IMG/VR virus record: IMGVR_UViG_2698536647_000003
Span: 1-8,752 of that record
Direction: 5' to 3' (one strand)
Length of the DNA stretch: 8,752 nucleotides
Source: a virus
Taxonomy: Duplodnaviria; Heunggongvirae; Uroviricota; Caudoviricetes
Shown: piece after piece, positions 6,616 to 8,752 of the stretch
How positions within the stretch are numbered: the first letter of the stretch is position 1
How the letters are laid out: every line of letters starts with the position of its first letter
The notes under the pieces: generated by a model
The model's database searches: none
Seen by the model: only the letters and a program-made list of their open reading frames with translations
Told to the model about the DNA's origin: nothing
Made by a program: the position numbers and the translations under genes

Positions 6616-7011
6616 TTATTTATTAAAATGTTTCTTTTCAATGCTCATTGCTTGATTAAAGAAATTTGTAGCATTAATTACCGCCCTTTCACAATCCTTC
6701 TGCCCATAATGTCGATGGCATTGGAATTCAGCATTTATTGCCGTATCGCCGGACTGTTTAACCTTAGATGCCCGTCCTGCAAGTTGCCTTGTATCAATAG
6801 GTGGGAATGTTGTTATAAATGTATCGTTAGCTGATTCTACTCTCATTTTTGTTGCAAACTCCAAATGCTGAGGAACCTTCGACCAAAGATAACTACATTC
6901 AGCCTCTGATGAACATGTGACAGGCTTAGTATCTAATACCGGCATTGGCCTATTATCAGCACATCCAGCGGTGGCAAGTACCACAAGACCAGAGAACAAT
7001 ATTTTTTTCAC
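6616..7011 (-). CDS. Cys-rich predicted outer-membrane lipoprotein (131 aa), moron between K and I
   Basis: ORF-track ORF starting at GTG 7011..7009 (no in-frame ATG nearby), with GGGAAG 7 nt upstream. N-terminus MKKILFSGLVVLATAGC fits a lipoprotein signal with Cys+1 and Ala at +2. The mature part has 4 further Cys. AT-rich; own terminator downstream. No homolog recognised. Confidence 0.6.
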   Translation of the reverse strand: MKKILFSGLVVLATAGCADNRPMPVLDTKPVTCSSEAECSYLWSKVPQHLEFATKMRVESANDTFITTFPPIDTRQLAGRASKVKQSGDTAINAEFQCHRHYGQKDCERAVINATNFFNQAMSIEKKHFNK

Positions 7012-7098
7012 AATTAAGCTTCCCTTTCATTGAAAATATCAGAGGAATACTAACATGAAGTTATGGAGTGAGTAATTAACAACTTAACCACTATAGAA

Positions 7099-7809
7099 TT
7101 AACAAAATACTTTGTACCGAAGTACTTTCATTGTTCTTTCCTGCCAGTAGCCACCATATGGCACGCGCTGGCTAAGATGACCGTACAAATGATGCAGTAG
7201 CATATTGCCCTCAAGCAGGATCCCCGCGTGATTCCACTTATCGGCCTGGACCTGCATGATGATGAGGTCCCCTTCCTGAGGCGGGCCATCAAACTCCCTG
7301 AATCCGCACTCGTACCAGCACTCCTGATAGAAATTGTCCGGGTAGTCGTTTTCCCACCAGGGATAATCCACCCGGTAATCGTGGAGCTCGATACCGTGGG
7401 TCTGCCGGAAATAGCTCATTACCAGACCCCAGCAATCGAAGTGGCCAAGCACGAACGGACGCTCCAGCAATGGCAGCTCCCCGCGTGGCTGAATGGTACG
7501 TAAATCCCCCTCTGGCCAGCTCACAATATGCCAGGGCAGCAGCGTTGCATCACACTGTGCCTTATCCAGCTCGCTGGCCTGCGTCGTCGCATCAGGATGG
7601 CTGTGAACAATGGCCACCACCGTCCCCCAGTCTTCTGCCGCTGCGTAATCTTCGGGGGACAGGTGAAAATGTTCAGTCGGCTCTGCTGCGAGATTACGAC
7701 AGGGAAAATAGCGCTCAACCCGGCTTTTCTGTGCCACCACGCCGCAGCACTCGCGCGGATATTCCGCTGCAGCGTGTGCCATGATGGCATCAATGGTTTT
7801 CTGGCGCAT
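7099..7809 (-). CDS. K: Tail assembly / tail tip protein K (JAMM/MPN metalloprotease-like N-domain plus NlpC/P60-like C-domain)
   Basis: JAMM motif visible: E in PRECCGVV, then HSHPDATTQASELD, which fits H-x-H-x7-S-x2-D. NlpC/P60-like Cys in GHFDCWGLV and His in WNHAGILL. Start set at ATG 7809 (protein MRQKTIDAIM...) with AGGAG 5 nt upstream; the L stop TGA (7813..7811) is 1 nt before it. The ORF-track start at 7845 is probably an upstream non-ATG artefact. Confidence 0.9.
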   Translation of the reverse strand: MRQKTIDAIMAHAAAEYPRECCGVVAQKSRVERYFPCRNLAAEPTEHFHLSPEDYAAAEDWGTVVAIVHSHPDATTQASELDKAQCDATLLPWHIVSWPEGDLRTIQPRGELPLLERPFVLGHFDCWGLVMSYFRQTHGIELHDYRVDYPWWENDYPDNFYQECWYECGFREFDGPPQEGDLIIMQVQADKWNHAGILLEGNMLLHHLYGHLSQRVPYGGYWQERTMKVLRYKVFC

Positions 7810-7810
7810 A

Positions 7811-8566
7811 TCAACTCCTGATAAGAGATGTACCGGGGAAACCACCGAACGGCAGCTCGTTGCTGTATCCGTGCCGGAGCTTGCAGGCCGTCAGCGTGCC
7901 GTTGCATACATCCAGCGAGGGATCGTCAACCGGATTATTGTTTTTGTCGAAATAGCGCGTTCCGGCATAGTCGCAGCCGTCGCCGGTACGATATTTATTC
8001 CGGATGCACCAGGTACACAGGGAATGAAGCTGTCGCGTCGGGATCATTTGCCCCTGCAGGTCCATCGGGCTGGATAGTGTGAACTCAACAACTTCATTGG
8101 TTTCACTGCTCTTTGCATCGATGTAGAAAACCTTCAGCTTCTCCTGGGTCGGATCGGCTGTCGGATTGCCTCCGGTGAAGTTTCTCGCATCAAGATACTT
8201 ACCAAGGGTGTCATGTATCGTCACCTTCGCCTGCAGCATATCGTCGTAAGCCAGGCAAAGCGCGGTGATCGAACTGTCGAGGTTAGCAACCGAAAGTTTT
8301 GGCTGGGCACTACTTCCCGAGGTTGAAGCTTCGATCCCATCAATCTGGCATGGCCACGCTTTATACTCCTCACCCTGCCACCAGATAGATTTTGCTGGCA
8401 GTTTATTTTCATCACCGCCAGCAGCCTCAATCTCTTCCGGGGTATGCGCGATGTTATGTGCGTGGAAGCGGAGTACATCTGACATACCGAACGCTGTGCC
8501 ATCGACAGAAAAAAGCCGGACTTCATTGCCCGGCTCGAGTTTTTGATAATCAGCATTAAGACTCAT
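7811..8566 (-). CDS. L: Tail tip protein L (251 aa)
   Basis: Position between M and K. C-terminal Cys cluster (LCTWCIRNKYRTGDGCDYAG ... CNGTLTACKLRHG) resembles the conserved Cys pattern of lambda gpL as I recall it. The ATG at 8566..8564 overlaps the M stop in an ATGA arrangement. Confidence 0.9.
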   Translation of the reverse strand: MSLNADYQKLEPGNEVRLFSVDGTAFGMSDVLRFHAHNIAHTPEEIEAAGGDENKLPAKSIWWQGEEYKAWPCQIDGIEASTSGSSAQPKLSVANLDSSITALCLAYDDMLQAKVTIHDTLGKYLDARNFTGGNPTADPTQEKLKVFYIDAKSSETNEVVEFTLSSPMDLQGQMIPTRQLHSLCTWCIRNKYRTGDGCDYAGTRYFDKNNNPVDDPSLDVCNGTLTACKLRHGYSNELPFGGFPGTSLIRS

Positions 8567-8752
8567 GGTGCAAATGCCTGTTCAAACGTTGCGGTTACGG
8601 TTATCACTTTTACGTTTTTAACCACCTTTTTGAGCGTGTCAGCCTCGACACGCCACAGCGCGGTATCGCCGAAAGGCGGTGTGAAAATAAACGACTTCAC
8701 TTTATGCCGCCGAAGGAAAGCGTGAATTTCATTCGCTGTAGTCGGATCCCCT
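8563..8752 (-). CDS. M: Tail tip protein M, C-terminal 62 codons (partial; 5' end lies beyond the window end)
   Basis: Hand translation of the minus strand from 8751 gives ...GDPTTANEIHAFLRRHKVKSFIFTPPFGDTALWRVEADTLKKVVKNVKVITVTATFEQAFAP then a stop at 8565..8563. This resembles the C-terminal half of lambda gpM as I recall it (...WKSFLWTPPYEW...). The stop overlaps the L start. Confidence 0.8.
   Translation of the reverse strand, partial: GDPTTANEIHAFLRRHKVKSFIFTPPFGDTALWRVEADTLKKVVKNVKVITVTATFEQAFAP

Noticed and set aside
5967-6641. ORF-track start for I at 6641 (224 aa, MKRNILINKHL...)
   Set aside because: That extension would read through the 6570..6591 terminator hairpin and overlap the 3' end of the lipoprotein ORF. 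The ATG at 6554 has a G-rich ribosome binding site, and the lambda I-like sequence starts only there.
6595-6834. 79-aa Cys-rich plus-strand ORF antisense to the K-I lipoprotein gene
   Set aside because: It starts at a non-ATG codon inside the terminator region with no ribosome binding site. The opposite strand encodes a product with a proper lipoprotein signal, Shine-Dalgarno and terminator, so I treat the minus-strand ORF as the real gene.
7099-7845. ORF-track start for K at 7845 (MVSPVHLLSGVDMRQ...)
   Set aside because: It would overlap L by 35 nt with no ribosome binding site. ATG 7809 has AGGAG 5 nt upstream and sits 1 nt after the L stop. The track appears to accept non-ATG starts, as shown by the GTG start at 7011.
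7228-8725. Plus-strand and off-frame ORFs overlapping K, L and M (7228..7503, 7470..7784, 7521..7907, 7528..7821, 7781..8077, 7828..8082, 8221..8556, 8265..8546, 8543..8725)
   Set aside because: All are embedded in or antisense to K, L and M, which have motif-level support. Several are Arg/Pro/Cys-rich, as expected from reverse-frame translation of GC-rich DNA.
1-8752. CRISPR arrays, tRNA or rRNA genes, insertion sequences, integrase or attachment sites
   Set aside because: No repeat-spacer periodicity, no tRNA-like cloverleaf candidates, no transposase- or integrase-like ORFs and no terminal inverted repeats flanking the inserts were seen. The inserts look like morons rather than transposable elements.

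Overview
The window is the distal (tail-tip / host-specificity) part of a lambda-like siphovirus tail gene module, most likely a prophage in an enterobacterial genome. All backbone genes are on the minus strand in lambda order: the 3' end of M, then L, K, I, a 1296-aa J host-specificity protein, and the 5' 268 codons of a tail fibre gene that runs off the window start. The assignments rest on my recollection of lambda proteins plus motifs visible in the translations (JAMM and NlpC/P60 motifs in K, Cys cluster in L, a GGTGAT..NLGLG fibre motif); no database search was possible. Three gene junctions that are tight in lambda carry visibly AT-rich insertions here, each with small accessory ORFs and strong intrinsic terminators (classic moron architecture). 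K-I holds a 131-aa Cys-rich predicted lipoprotein. I-J holds two convergent, partly overlapping small ORFs: an acidic 49-aa ORF on the minus strand and a 71-aa ORF on the plus strand. J-fibre holds a 77-aa predicted lipoprotein convergent with J, plus a frameshifted remnant resembling a side-tail-fibre N-terminus. I do not recognise any accessory ORF by sequence; these are the candidates for undescribed function (receptor-blocking superinfection exclusion, anti-defence, lysogenic conversion). No rRNA, tRNA, CRISPR array or transposase was seen.
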